Source of the DNA: Spirochaetota bacterium
GTDB taxonomy: Bacteria; Spirochaetota; Spirochaetia; CAKZLE01
Length of the DNA: 64,000 nt
Assembly: GCA_051745285.1 (NCBI GenBank)
Contig: JBNJDX010000001.1
Location: forward strand, 3,150-67,149
Direction: 5' to 3'
Shown here in pieces: positions 1 through 9,506 of the stretch (positions are counted from its first letter, which is position 1; each line of letters opens with the position of its first letter). The notes under the pieces were generated by a model that was not told where the DNA came from, did no database searches, and saw only the letters and a program-made list of their open reading frames with translations. Both the position numbers and the translations under genes were made by a program.

Positions 1-167
1 TTTCTTAACTGCTTTCGAGACAGGGTTTTTCAATAGATGAGTAAAACACTCTTGTTTGTCATGATTACACATATGCTTGCCTTACATTTTAAAATTTAGT
101 ACACTCGTTATAAGACGGTGAGAGACCACCTGTCTAACGAATAACAAAAATGAAGGAGCAAGTAATT

Positions 168-818
168 ATGGAAAGAGAAGAGATGAACATGCCGCTTCTA
201 GGAGACAAATTCCCCGATCTCAAGGTCAACACAACTCATGGTCCGATGAACCTTCCTGGGGATTTTAAGGGGTCTTGGTTTATTCTATTCAGCCATCCGG
301 CTGACTTCACCCCAGTATGCACCACTGAATTTGTCGCTTTTCAAAAGCGCATCGAACAGTTTGATGAACTTGGTGTAAAACTTGTCGGCATGTCCGTTGA
401 CCAGGTATTCAGCCACATAAAATGGATTGAGTGGATTAACGAAAAGCTTGATGTCGAGATTACGTATCCGATAGTGGCTGCCAATGATGCAGTTGCGAAC
501 AAGTTGGGTCTGCTTCATCCCGGTAAAGGCACCAATACAGTCAGAGCGGTCTTCGTTGTAGATCCTACTGGAGCGGTACGTCTGGTTCTCTATTACCCCC
601 AGGAAATCGGAAGAAACATGGACGAGATCGTTCGTGCAGTAAAAGCCCTTAAAACAGCAGACGAAAATAAAGTCGCCATACCTGCAGGATGGCCTAAGAA
701 TGAACTCATCGGGGATCGTGTCATAATACCCCCTCCAGGCAACCAAAAGGATGCAGCTACACGGCTTAAGGAATATGATGGGTTTGACTGGTGGTTCTGT
801 CACAAACCTCTAAAATAA
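168..818 (+). CDS. Peroxiredoxin, 1-Cys/Prx6-like (AhpC/TSA family)
   Basis: ORF 150..818. Peroxidatic motif FTPVCTTE and the [10 protein letters not shown]-terminus are typical of Prx6-type enzymes. GAAGGAG at 152-158 favours ATG168; ATG150 and ATG189 are also possible. Confidence 0.9.
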   Translation: MEREEMNMPLLGDKFPDLKVNTTHGPMNLPGDFKGSWFILFSHPADFTPVCTTEFVAFQKRIEQFDELGVKLVGMSVDQVFSHIKWIEWINEKLDVEITYPIVAANDAVANKLGLLHPGKGTNTVRAVFVVDPTGAVRLVLYYPQEIGRNMDEIVRAVKALKTADENKVAIPAGWPKNELIGDRVIIPPPGNQKDAATRLKEYDGFDWWFCHKPLK

Positions 819-856
819 GAGGGCTCGGTAATCCCTTTTGCTATACACATTTCTTA

Positions 857-890
857 AGAAGCGGCAGTTTTCACTGCCGCTTCTTTCTTC
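857..890 (+). terminator. Rho-independent terminator after the peroxiredoxin gene
   Basis: AGAAGCGGCAG (857-867), loop TTTTCA, CTGCCGCTTCT (874-884), then T-rich TTCTTC. Confidence 0.65.
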
Positions 891-984
891 ATGTCTGGGA
901 AACGACCGGTTTTCTTAACAGGAACAAAAAAAGTAGCCTCGGGAACATTGCGCAAACGCCGTGCTTTTACTATACTTCTCACAC

Positions 985-2601
985 ATGAAGAAGTACATAT
1001 TTATTAGCGGCGGTGTCTGCTCCAGTCTCGGAAAGGGTCTTGCGGCGACCTCACTTGCCAACCTCCTTGAAAGTCGCGGGTTGAACATTCAAATGATTAA
1101 GATTGATCCTTACCTCAACGTTGATGCTGGTACGATGAGTCCCTACCAGCATGGTGAGGTCTATGTTGCCGACGACGGAGCAGAAACAGACCTTGATCTG
1201 GGAAGCTATGCTCGTTTCACGCATGCAAAGATCGGCAAGGCGAACTCGATTACCACTGGACAGATATATCAATCTGTAATCAGCAAAGAACGTGAAGGAC
1301 GCTATCTCGGACGCACCGTCCAGATCATTCCTCACATCACTGATGAGATTAAACGTCGGATCACCGCTGTTGGGAAACAGCCCGGGGTGGACGTTACCCT
1401 GATAGAAATCGGGGGAACAGTAGGTGACTATGAGTCCATCCCCTACTTGGAAGCCGCTCGCCAGCTTGGAAGTGATCTTGGCGAGGAGAATGTACTGTTT
1501 GTTCACCTGACCCTTGTTCCGGAGGTTGGTGGAGGCGAGTTAAAAACCAAACCTACACAACACTCTGTCAAAGAGCTGCGGGAACTTGGTATTCAACCCG
1601 ACATCCTTATTTGCCGTGCTCCAATCATGCTTTCCCAGGAAATGATCCGAAAGATATCCTCATTCACCAATGTGAAGCATGACGCAGTTATTGTCGGATA
1701 TGATCTCAGCGATACCATCTATGAACTTCCATTAGTCTATCGACAACAGAAGGTTGACGACATCGTGATAAACCATTTGCACCTTGAGGCGAAAGAGCCT
1801 GACCTCTCCCGCTGGAGCGAAATGGTTGATATCTGTAAAAATGCCAAGGAAATAGTTCGTGTTGCCATTGTCGGTAAGTATATCCACTTGCCCGACTCAT
1901 ACAAATCAATCTATGAAGCACTCACGCACGGAGGCATAGCGAACCGAGTAAAGGTTGAACTGGTAAAAATAGACTCCGAAAACTTGGAGCAACTGTCAGA
2001 GGAAGACCTGCACACCCGCCTTTCAGGAGTGGACGGTATGCTCATTCCCGGCGGTTTTGGCTCACGGGGGACACTGGGGATGATAAAAGCCGTGGAATAT
2101 GCTCGAACTCAAAAACTTCCCTGTTTTGGTATCTGTATGGGCCTTCAGATCTTTGTTATTGAATATTCCCGGAATGTGCTGGCTTTAGCCGATGCTGACA
2201 GCACAGAATTTCGTCCCGAAACAAAAAATCCTGTCATCAGCCTGCTTGAAGAGCAGCTGGATATCACTGATTTGGGAGGGACAATGCGTCTGGGAAACAG
2301 TGAATCGCACCTTATCCCGGGGACAAAGATTCATGAAAGCTACCACAGCGACATAGTGTTTGAACGGCATCGTCACCGATATGAGGTCTCCAATGCCTAC
2401 CGCGACCAGCTTGCCGCCGGCGGCCTGGTGATCAGCGGATACACGCCGGAAGGCGAACTGGTGGAATCAGTAGAGTGGCCTGACCACCCCTGGGGAGTGG
2501 GTGTGCAGTTTCACCCTGAGTTCAAATCCACACCCATTGAGCCTCATCCGTTGTTTGCAAGCTTTATCAGGGCCAGCAAAGAACATGCTCATAACAGATA
2601 G
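985..2601 (+). CDS. pyrG: CTP synthase
   Basis: ORF 961..2601. N-terminus MKKYIFISGGVCSSLGKG, glutaminase motif GICMGLQ and C-terminal HPEF are full-length PyrG signatures. ATG985 gives the canonical N-terminus. Confidence 0.95.
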   Translation: MKKYIFISGGVCSSLGKGLAATSLANLLESRGLNIQMIKIDPYLNVDAGTMSPYQHGEVYVADDGAETDLDLGSYARFTHAKIGKANSITTGQIYQSVISKEREGRYLGRTVQIIPHITDEIKRRITAVGKQPGVDVTLIEIGGTVGDYESIPYLEAARQLGSDLGEENVLFVHLTLVPEVGGGELKTKPTQHSVKELRELGIQPDILICRAPIMLSQEMIRKISSFTNVKHDAVIVGYDLSDTIYELPLVYRQQKVDDIVINHLHLEAKEPDLSRWSEMVDICKNAKEIVRVAIVGKYIHLPDSYKSIYEALTHGGIANRVKVELVKIDSENLEQLSEEDLHTRLSGVDGMLIPGGFGSRGTLGMIKAVEYARTQKLPCFGICMGLQIFVIEYSRNVLALADADSTEFRPETKNPVISLLEEQLDITDLGGTMRLGNSESHLIPGTKIHESYHSDIVFERHRHRYEVSNAYRDQLAAGGLVISGYTPEGELVESVEWPDHPWGVGVQFHPEFKSTPIEPHPLFASFIRASKEHAHNR

Positions 2602-3169
2602 GAACCGTAGACTAACAGTTCGTCGGAGAGGCGTTATCACTGCCCTTCTCTGCCTTTTCCTGGTGCTGCTAGGTGGCTCCTGCTCGTTTGAATATAGACG
2701 AGAACCCTCACAACAGGAATCACGGAAACCATCCTACACCCTGCAAGATACTAGGTATACACTCTCTGATCAGGAAGTGGGAATGCTGCAATTCCGCGCC
2801 CAAGAGGCAGCATTTTATACAAAGGATGACCTTGTAGAACTCAACGAGGTGGAATTCACCCAGCACAATACATCTGGAGAGGTGCTTTCCGAAGGTTCCT
2901 GCCGGTATCTTGAAGTCGACACCGGCACGCATAATATTGTGTTCTCCGGCAACGTGGAAATTCGCTTCACTTCAGAGCAAACCAGTATTGAAGCGTCCCG
3001 ACTCTATTGGGATCATAATCAAAAATTGCTGTATAGTGAGCAGGACGAGTTTGTTACTGTCTATTATGAGGATGGATCACAGATTACCGGGATGGATTTT
3101 ACAGCAAACGGCAAGACGCGGCAAATGGAGTTTGGACAAGAGACTGAGGGTATTGTACGATATGATTAA
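2585..3169 (+). CDS. lptC: LptC-like LPS export protein (membrane-anchored or lipoprotein)
   Basis: Internal ATG2585 of ORF 2501..3169. Hydrophobic anchor ALLCLFLVLLGGSC, beta-rich OstA/LptC-like body, and position directly upstream of lptA-lptB. Confidence 0.55.
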   Translation: MLITDRNRRLTVRRRGVITALLCLFLVLLGGSCSFEYRREPSQQESRKPSYTLQDTRYTLSDQEVGMLQFRAQEAAFYTKDDLVELNEVEFTQHNTSGEVLSEGSCRYLEVDTGTHNIVFSGNVEIRFTSEQTSIEASRLYWDHNQKLLYSEQDEFVTVYYEDGSQITGMDFTANGKTRQMEFGQETEGIVRYD

Positions 3170-3833
3170 GATGAGAGGCGTAATGTGTAGGAATCTCCTA
3201 ATCACTGTGCTGCTGATACTGGCAGCTGGCCAGCTCCTTCATGCAGCTGAAAATGATACCACCGAACGTGACGGTATCCGCTTTTCCAGCGACCACACAC
3301 AAGCCGGCATGCAGGAAGGGGAGAAAACCGTACGATTGGCAGGTAATGCCTGGGTCGAGACAGGCTCTGTCAGGATCGAGGCAGACACAATAGAACTCTA
3401 CGGGGAACTCTCTCGATTTATCCGTGGTACCGGCGGTGTGTTCATCTCTGATGAAAAGCAGCAGATTACACTTTCGGCCAACAATATCCTGTATGATCGG
3501 CGCCAGCAATTACTGAAAGCAGACGGCTGGGCTGAGATGGAGGACAAAGAACACGGTATTGTCGCTCGTGGAGCTTATCTGGAGAACAGACAAACCGAAG
3601 GCCTCACCCTCATACAAATTGGGGTGAGACTGTTCAAAGACACCTCCGATGGACTCATGGTCTGCATGACCGACTCAGCAGTGTACAACAGCGAGGAGCA
3701 GTCGCTTGAACTGACCGGAAACTCAACCGTCCACTGGAGAGAAAACACCTACCGGGCTGCGAAAATAACCCTCGCGCTCGAATCCGAAGAAATCACCATG
3801 GAGGGAAGTGTCAGTGGGACAATCAAACAGTAG
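3162..3833 (+). CDS. lptA: LptA/OstA-family periplasmic LPS transport protein
   Basis: Internal start of ORF 2910..3833. Signal peptide LLITVLLILAAGQLLHA and OstA_N-like repeats (VRIEADTIELYGE). Lies between lptC and lptB. Starts at 3171 or 3183 are equally possible. Confidence 0.6.
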   Translation: MIKMRGVMCRNLLITVLLILAAGQLLHAAENDTTERDGIRFSSDHTQAGMQEGEKTVRLAGNAWVETGSVRIEADTIELYGELSRFIRGTGGVFISDEKQQITLSANNILYDRRQQLLKADGWAEMEDKEHGIVARGAYLENRQTEGLTLIQIGVRLFKDTSDGLMVCMTDSAVYNSEEQSLELTGNSTVHWRENTYRAAKITLALESEEITMEGSVSGTIKQ

Positions 3834-4569
3834 CGAGGAATCTCCTGCAACCCTTGCAGTTACCGGACTGCTCAAGTCCTTCGGTAAAAAGGTCGCCGTC
3901 GATGATGTCTCCTTCAGCATGCGTGAAGGCGAGATTGTCGGACTGCTCGGTCCAAACGGAGCTGGTAAGACCACCGTGTTCTACATAATAGTCGGATTTA
4001 TAAAGGCGGGCGGAGGCAGTATCTATCTCAATGGTGAGAATATCAGCTCCCTGCCGATGTACAAACGGGCACGCAGGGGAATCTCCTATCTTTCTCAAGA
4101 GCCCTCGGTTTTTCGGAAAATGACCGTTGAGAAAAACATCTCAAGCATCCTGGAGACCAGACGGGATTTGACTCAGCAGGAGAAACATGTATACAAAGAG
4201 CGCCTCCTGGAGAGCTTCGGTATCGCCGACATTCGCAGCCAACCTGCCTATACTTTGTCAGGGGGTGAACGCAGACGAACAGAAATTGCCCGCAATCTTG
4301 CAGTCAGCCCGCGTTTCCTCCTGCTGGACGAACCGTTTGCCGGTATTGACCCAATCGCTGTCAATGAAATCAAACGGATAATTACCAGACTTGCGAAGCA
4401 GGGAATCGGTATATTGATTACTGACCATAACGTTCGCGATACCCTCGACATTACCGAGTGTGCCTATATTATAAACCACGGTAAAATCCTCGTCTCCGGA
4501 AACCGGGAAGAACTTCTGAAAAACGACCTTGCCCGTACTATTTATCTTGGTCATGATTTCGCGCTATAA
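3808..4569 (+). CDS. lptB: LPS export ABC transporter ATP-binding protein
   Basis: Walker A GPNGAGKTT, signature LSGGERRR, Walker B LLLDEP. Immediately upstream of rpoN. The GTG start is uncertain (3808 or 3814). Confidence 0.9.
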   Translation: MSVGQSNSSEESPATLAVTGLLKSFGKKVAVDDVSFSMREGEIVGLLGPNGAGKTTVFYIIVGFIKAGGGSIYLNGENISSLPMYKRARRGISYLSQEPSVFRKMTVEKNISSILETRRDLTQQEKHVYKERLLESFGIADIRSQPAYTLSGGERRRTEIARNLAVSPRFLLLDEPFAGIDPIAVNEIKRIITRLAKQGIGILITDHNVRDTLDITECAYIINHGKILVSGNREELLKNDLARTIYLGHDFAL

Positions 4570-4601
4570 TACGAGCGCAGTTCACTATTGAGGGGAAATA
4601 C

Positions 4602-5996
4602 ATGCCGTCGCAGGGCCAAGGACTCGTACTGACTCAGAAACAGCAATTAAAACTCAGTCCACAGATGTATCAATCCCTAGAACTGTTGGCTCTGCCTCTA
4701 CAGGATCTGCAAAGTCGCATTCAGGAAGAAATGGAACGCAATCCTGCTTTGGCCCTGGGCCCTTCCCGGGATGCCTCCTATGAACGAGTGGAACGTTCAT
4801 CCCGAAAAGCCGATTACGATCCGTTTGAAAACAGCTCAGATCCCGGATACGTCAGGAAGTCCAACCAGGGTGACTCGGACTCCAAGCAGAAATTTATGGA
4901 GGGGGCACTGTACCGTAGCGAATCTCTCCAAGAGCATCTCAGCGAACAGCTCCGGCTTCAACCTCTCAGCGAGCAGGAGTATCAGCTCGGCGAGCTGTTG
5001 ATCTCAAATCTTGATGAACACGGATTCTGCGGGGAAGATCCCTATTCCGTGGCACCCGAGGGAACTCCACCACAGCAGGTTGAACGTGTCATACAGCTCA
5101 TCAGAACATTCGATCCGCCCGGGGTATGCACCTCCGGATTTCAAGAGGCCCTTATCACCCAGTGCCGCCTTGATCCCAATGCCCACGAATTAAGCATCCC
5201 ACTTATCGAACATTACCTGGAACAGCTGCGCAGGGGAAAATATGAATACATCGCCAAAGAGCTTAACACAACAGTTGAAGACATACTGGAGGCACTAACC
5301 TACATCAAAACTCTCAATCCCTATCCGGGCAGTCTCTTCTCAAGCCGAGAAACAAGTTATGTCACCCCGGATTTAGTAATCAGAAAACGAGAGAACAGCC
5401 TGGTGATGGCTCTCAATTCCGATCAAATTCCCCTATTGAGCATCGACCCTGATTTTGAACACATGCTTGAGGATGAGCATGTCCACAAAGATAGAGAGAC
5501 AGAAAAGTACATTCAAAAATCAATTCGCGATGCACAGTGGCTTATCAGCAGCCTTGAGATGCGAAACAGCACGCTAAAAAAAGTGGGGGCTGCCCTGATG
5601 AAGTATCAATATGACTTTTTTGTGCACGGTCCGAAGTACCTCCGGCCCCTTACCCTCAAAGATATTGCTGAAGAGATCTCTGTCCATGAAACAACCGTTT
5701 CGAGGATTGCAAATGCAAAATATATTCAGACAGACTGGGGCATATTCCCAATCAAATACTTCTTCACAAATGCGGTAAGCGGAACGAGCGATGACGGGAA
5801 AGAGGCTTCAAAAACAGGAGTCAAAGAGGTTATTCGGGAAATCATACAGAACTACAGCGGGAAAAAACGGTTATCAGACCAAAAAATATCTGACATGCTC
5901 AAAGAACGCGGAATTTCCGTTGCCCGCAGGACTGTTGCTAAATACCGCTCTGAACTCAACATAGACTCTTCTTTTGATCGCAATTCCCAACGCTAA
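4602..5996 (+). CDS. rpoN: RNA polymerase sigma-54 factor
   Basis: 464 aa with the C-terminal RpoN box ARRTVAKYR and HTH (ETTVSRIANAKY). The N-terminal Q/L-rich region is typical of sigma-54. Confidence 0.95.
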   Translation: MPSQGQGLVLTQKQQLKLSPQMYQSLELLALPLQDLQSRIQEEMERNPALALGPSRDASYERVERSSRKADYDPFENSSDPGYVRKSNQGDSDSKQKFMEGALYRSESLQEHLSEQLRLQPLSEQEYQLGELLISNLDEHGFCGEDPYSVAPEGTPPQQVERVIQLIRTFDPPGVCTSGFQEALITQCRLDPNAHELSIPLIEHYLEQLRRGKYEYIAKELNTTVEDILEALTYIKTLNPYPGSLFSSRETSYVTPDLVIRKRENSLVMALNSDQIPLLSIDPDFEHMLEDEHVHKDRETEKYIQKSIRDAQWLISSLEMRNSTLKKVGAALMKYQYDFFVHGPKYLRPLTLKDIAEEISVHETTVSRIANAKYIQTDWGIFPIKYFFTNAVSGTSDDGKEASKTGVKEVIREIIQNYSGKKRLSDQKISDMLKERGISVARRTVAKYRSELNIDSSFDRNSQR

Positions 5997-6023
5997 AAGA
6001 CATAAGGATTTTCTCCCGCTGAT

Positions 6024-6047
6024 AAAGTGCACTCGCAGGTGCACTTT
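6024..6047 (+). terminator. Hairpin downstream of rpoN (possible weak terminator)
   Basis: AAAGTGCAC, loop TCGCAG, GTGCACTTT, 28 nt after the rpoN stop. The T tract is weak (TTTCATTT). Confidence 0.35.
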
Positions 6048-6111
6048 CATTTGACATTACTGTCTCTCAGGTAATATCCTTTATGTATATCCTACGTTTT
6101 AGGAGGCGGCT

Positions 6112-6402
6112 ATGAATTTAGACATTCGTGGAGTTCACTACAACATCAGCGATACTACCCAGGCATTCCTTGAAAAAAAGTTGGAACGTATAGACTTTGC
6201 AAAAGACTACATCGTGGATCTTTCTATACTCATTGTCAAAGAGCCGGAGGGATATAAAGTCGAAGGAAAGGTGCACTTCAAATGGAGTAAAACCAAAATG
6301 GTCACTGAGACCGACCCAGAACTCTACCAGTCAATAGAACTGTTTATTGATAAGCTTGAACGTGTTATCCGCAAGGAGAAAGAGAAGGTAAAAGAGCACT
6401 AA
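6112..6402 (+). CDS. hpf: Ribosome hibernation-promoting factor (short HPF/RaiA family)
   Basis: 96 aa. N-terminus MNLDIRGVHYNISD with FLEKKLERI is typical of the S30AE/HPF family. AGGAGG SD. Conserved position after rpoN. Confidence 0.85.
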   Translation: MNLDIRGVHYNISDTTQAFLEKKLERIDFAKDYIVDLSILIVKEPEGYKVEGKVHFKWSKTKMVTETDPELYQSIELFIDKLERVIRKEKEKVKEH

Positions 6403-6421
6403 ATTACACAGTAACTTCTTT

Positions 6422-6452
6422 CCGGCTGGGTAATTCCAGCCGGTTTTTTTTT
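6422..6452 (+). terminator. Rho-independent terminator after hpf
   Basis: CCGGCTGG, loop GTAATT, CCAGCCGG, followed by a run of 9 T. Confidence 0.8.
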
Positions 6453-6521
6453 GTTTGTAGATCCTGGGAGTCACTTAACATACATTTACACATTCTTGCC
6501 CGCCGTGCTATACTCCTTCAC

Positions 6522-7505
6522 ATGAAGGATTTTACCGTTTTGGATCTTTTAGATCTTGACCTGAAAGAGGGCGGGCTGCTAGCTCTTAAATGTATCGGAG
6601 GCCGACCGGGCCTCTCACGGGTAATCACTACCTCGAAAGTGAACCGACCCGGGCTCACCCTCAGCGGATTTTTTGAGGAATTTTCCTACAACAGTATCCA
6701 ACTCTTCGGCAAGGGTGAACAGGCTTATGTCACGCAGCTTGAACAGAATAACAACTACGAGGCGATTGAGCGATTTTTCTCCTTTCCGATCCCCACATGC
6801 ATTTTCTGCGAAGATTCACAACCCAGTGAAAAATTCCTGCAGATAGCTGAGGATTCTGGATGTCCTGTGCTGAAAACATCCCTTGCTTCAGGCGATTTTG
6901 CTCTCCACCTGTACCAGGCGCTCGATGATGTCTTTGCGCCGAAACAGACCATCCACGGCGTGCTTGTGGAAGTGTTTGGGGTTGGAGTCCTCATCACGGG
7001 CGATAGCGGCGTGGGAAAGAGTGAAACAGCTTTGGAACTTATTGAGCGTGGGCACCGGCTCATCAGCGATGACACCGTACGCCTTGCGTGTGCCAAAGGA
7101 AGTATTTTAATTGGGGAAGGAGAGAATGAATATCTTGCCCACCATATGGAAATCCGCGGCCTCGGCATCATCAACATCACCCACCTGTTCGGAGTCCGGG
7201 CTATTCGGGACAAGAAGCGCGTTCAGCTGTTCGTGCAGCTTGAAGAGTGGGACGCGGGAAAGACCTACGACCGAGTCGGAGGTGATTTGTCTACTGACAT
7301 CCTTGGTGTAACAATCCCGAAACTTGAGATTCCAGTGAAACCCGGCAGAAACATTCCGATCATCATTGAAACCGCTGCCATGAATGAGCGGCTTAAGAAA
7401 CTCGGATACTCATCTGCCAGCGACTTCAACCAGAACGTACTCAAATGGCTTGAAAGTGAGTCGGCCAGAGAGATGTACTACAACAACAATGGAGATGCAG
7501 AGTAG
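6522..7505 (+). CDS. hprK: HPr kinase/phosphorylase
   Basis: 327 aa. P-loop GDSGVGKSETALELIERGHRLISDD and MEIRGLGIINI are HprK signatures. Confidence 0.9.
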   Translation: MKDFTVLDLLDLDLKEGGLLALKCIGGRPGLSRVITTSKVNRPGLTLSGFFEEFSYNSIQLFGKGEQAYVTQLEQNNNYEAIERFFSFPIPTCIFCEDSQPSEKFLQIAEDSGCPVLKTSLASGDFALHLYQALDDVFAPKQTIHGVLVEVFGVGVLITGDSGVGKSETALELIERGHRLISDDTVRLACAKGSILIGEGENEYLAHHMEIRGLGIINITHLFGVRAIRDKKRVQLFVQLEEWDAGKTYDRVGGDLSTDILGVTIPKLEIPVKPGRNIPIIIETAAMNERLKKLGYSSASDFNQNVLKWLESESAREMYYNNNGDAE

Positions 7506-7510
7506 CCAGT

Positions 7511-7792
7511 ATGGTAGAAAAAACGGTGACAGTGAGACACAGGGCGGGCATCCACGCGAGACCTGCCGCGCTGATAGTAAAAACAGCGAATCAGTTCTCC
7601 TCCGACTTTTTCATTGAAAAGGATACGATGAAGATCAATGGAAAGTCGATTATGGGAATCATCACGCTGGGAGCAAGCTATAAGACTCAATTGAAAATTA
7701 TTCTTGACGGTGATGATGAACAAGAGGCTGCCAAGGCCATAGAGGCTCTGTTCGAGAACAGGTTTGAAGAGCCTGAGGTTAATCAGCCGTGA
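7511..7792 (+). CDS. ptsH: HPr-family phosphocarrier protein
   Basis: 93 aa. His-15 site GIHARPAA and Ser-46 site GKSIMG are both present. Confidence 0.9.
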   Translation: MVEKTVTVRHRAGIHARPAALIVKTANQFSSDFFIEKDTMKINGKSIMGIITLGASYKTQLKIILDGDDEQEAAKAIEALFENRFEEPEVNQP

Positions 7793-7831
7793 TGGAGACG
7801 ATCTACAGTCTTCTAAGGAGCTAAAAAGAAG

Positions 7832-8440
7832 ATGAAAGGATTGACCAAACGACAGATAGAGGTTGTGCAGTTCATTCAGGAGTACATTTCTGATAGTACG
7901 TATCCGCCGACCATTCGGGAGATAGCAGGCAGGTTTGACATCTCGGTAAAGGCAGCCTTTGATCACATTAAAGCCCTCGAAAAAAAAGGCATCATCAAAA
8001 GCAGCAGTAATAAATCTCGGTCTCTCGAAATTGTTGACCAGGAGTACAGCCCCAATGTTGAACTGGTCAACGTACCTCTGCTTGGCTCTATTGCTGCCGG
8101 CACCCCTCTGCTGGCCGAGGAAAACCTTGAGAGAACTCTTCAGATAACCGCTGACATGCTCGGTTCAGGAACCTACTTCGCCTTGCACGTGCAGGGGGAC
8201 AGTATGGTGGAGGCCGGGATCTGTGACGGGGATATTGCCGTAATCCGGCAGTCCCCTGAAGCAGAAAACGGCGAGATTGTCGTTGCCCGTATAGCCGAAG
8301 AATCTGTAACACTCAAACGGTATTTCAAAGAGCACAACCGCATACGGCTGCAGCCGGAGAATCAGTCCTATCAGCCGATATACACACAGGACATGCGAAT
8401 CCTTGGTAAACTTCATATGATAATTCGGAACTATGACTAA
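7832..8440 (+). CDS. lexA: LexA repressor (SOS regulator, S24 peptidase)
   Basis: 202 aa. N-terminal wHTH (LTKRQIEVVQFI..PTIREIA), cleavage-site region AAG, catalytic GDSM and downstream Lys (VTLKRY). Confidence 0.9.
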   Translation: MKGLTKRQIEVVQFIQEYISDSTYPPTIREIAGRFDISVKAAFDHIKALEKKGIIKSSSNKSRSLEIVDQEYSPNVELVNVPLLGSIAAGTPLLAEENLERTLQITADMLGSGTYFALHVQGDSMVEAGICDGDIAVIRQSPEAENGEIVVARIAEESVTLKRYFKEHNRIRLQPENQSYQPIYTQDMRILGKLHMIIRNYD

Positions 8441-9506
8441 GCTGAGACCAGTATATCTCCTGCTCGGTCCCGAGTCGGGAGGAAAAGCAAAGCGCATCCA
8501 GGACATCCGCGCTTTGTGTAAAGCCGCTAACAACGGTGAAGAGGCGGAACTACACCGATTTTATCCCTTCGAGACCGAAGAAGGTGAAATATTGGCGGCC
8601 TTGCAAAACAGTTCCCTGTTTTCTTCGTACCGACTTGTGCTGCTGGCCGAAGCCGAAAACCTCAAGGCCTCCCAAGCGGCAATGATCGCCTCCTACCTGC
8701 AGAACCCTTCCGATTCGGCTACGCTCATTATTACAAGCTCCCAGACACGGGTTCATCCGACCATCATGAAACAGGTCCCTGAAACCGAGAAGGAGATATT
8801 CTGGGAACTCTTTGAAAACCAAAAAAAAGACTGGTTGCTAGCTTTTTTTCGCGCCCGCCATCTTGATATCTCTCTTGAAGCCGTCGATGTGATTCTCTCT
8901 CTGGTTGACAATAATACCCAGGATCTCCGCACCGTTTCCCAGAGCCTGGCGGAATTTCTCAGTGTCGATGACTCAGCCCAAGCTGCAGGCAGGGAAGAAA
9001 CGCGGGAGGTTACTGTCTCTGATGTTGAACAGTTTATCTACCACAGCAAACAGGAGAGCGTCTTTACGCTCTTTGAACAGATGGCAGAAGGAATGTTAGA
9101 AAACTCTCTTGAGATATTTCGTGCCCTCCAGCTCAGCGGAGAGGCTGACCCCGTCCAGCTTTTCGGAGGACTGCTTTGGCAGTTTCGTCGTCTCCATTCC
9201 TACCTGAGCCTGTTGGAAGAGGGTGACAGCGAACGGGAAGCTATCAGCCGGACAACTGTACTAGGGAAGTCCGCTGCTATTCGAGGCAAGCATAACCAGT
9301 ATATCTACAAAACAGCCGCACGGAACTACACGCGCTCAGACGTGGAACAGATTATCACCACGCTGTGTGACACTGACCGGCTCAGCAGAGAGTTGGGAAC
9401 CGCTCTCCAACCAATGACCATCGAGTTATTCATCTACTCGACAATCTGCAAAAGAGGTTCCCTCAACCTGGAGCATAAACCAAGACTGGAAACCGTCATT
9501 CTATAA
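8433..9506 (+). CDS. holA: DNA polymerase III delta subunit
   Basis: 357 aa. N-terminus PVYLLLGPE plus overall HolA-like helical architecture. Overlaps the lexA stop by 8 nt. Confidence 0.75.
   Translation: MTKLRPVYLLLGPESGGKAKRIQDIRALCKAANNGEEAELHRFYPFETEEGEILAALQNSSLFSSYRLVLLAEAENLKASQAAMIASYLQNPSDSATLIITSSQTRVHPTIMKQVPETEKEIFWELFENQKKDWLLAFFRARHLDISLEAVDVILSLVDNNTQDLRTVSQSLAEFLSVDDSAQAAGREETREVTVSDVEQFIYHSKQESVFTLFEQMAEGMLENSLEIFRALQLSGEADPVQLFGGLLWQFRRLHSYLSLLEEGDSEREAISRTTVLGKSAAIRGKHNQYIYKTAARNYTRSDVEQIITTLCDTDRLSRELGTALQPMTIELFIYSTICKRGSLNLEHKPRLETVIL

Noticed and set aside
791-988. 65-aa plus-strand ORF in the prx-pyrG spacer
   Set aside because: It spans the prx terminator hairpin, has no SD, and is in frame-independent overlap with both neighbours.
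2910-3161. N-terminal 84 codons of track ORF 2910..3833, and the first 28 codons of ORF 2501..3169
   Set aside because: These extensions overlap the preceding genes (lptC and pyrG) in other frames. The signal-peptide-bearing internal starts give sensible LptA and LptC proteins.
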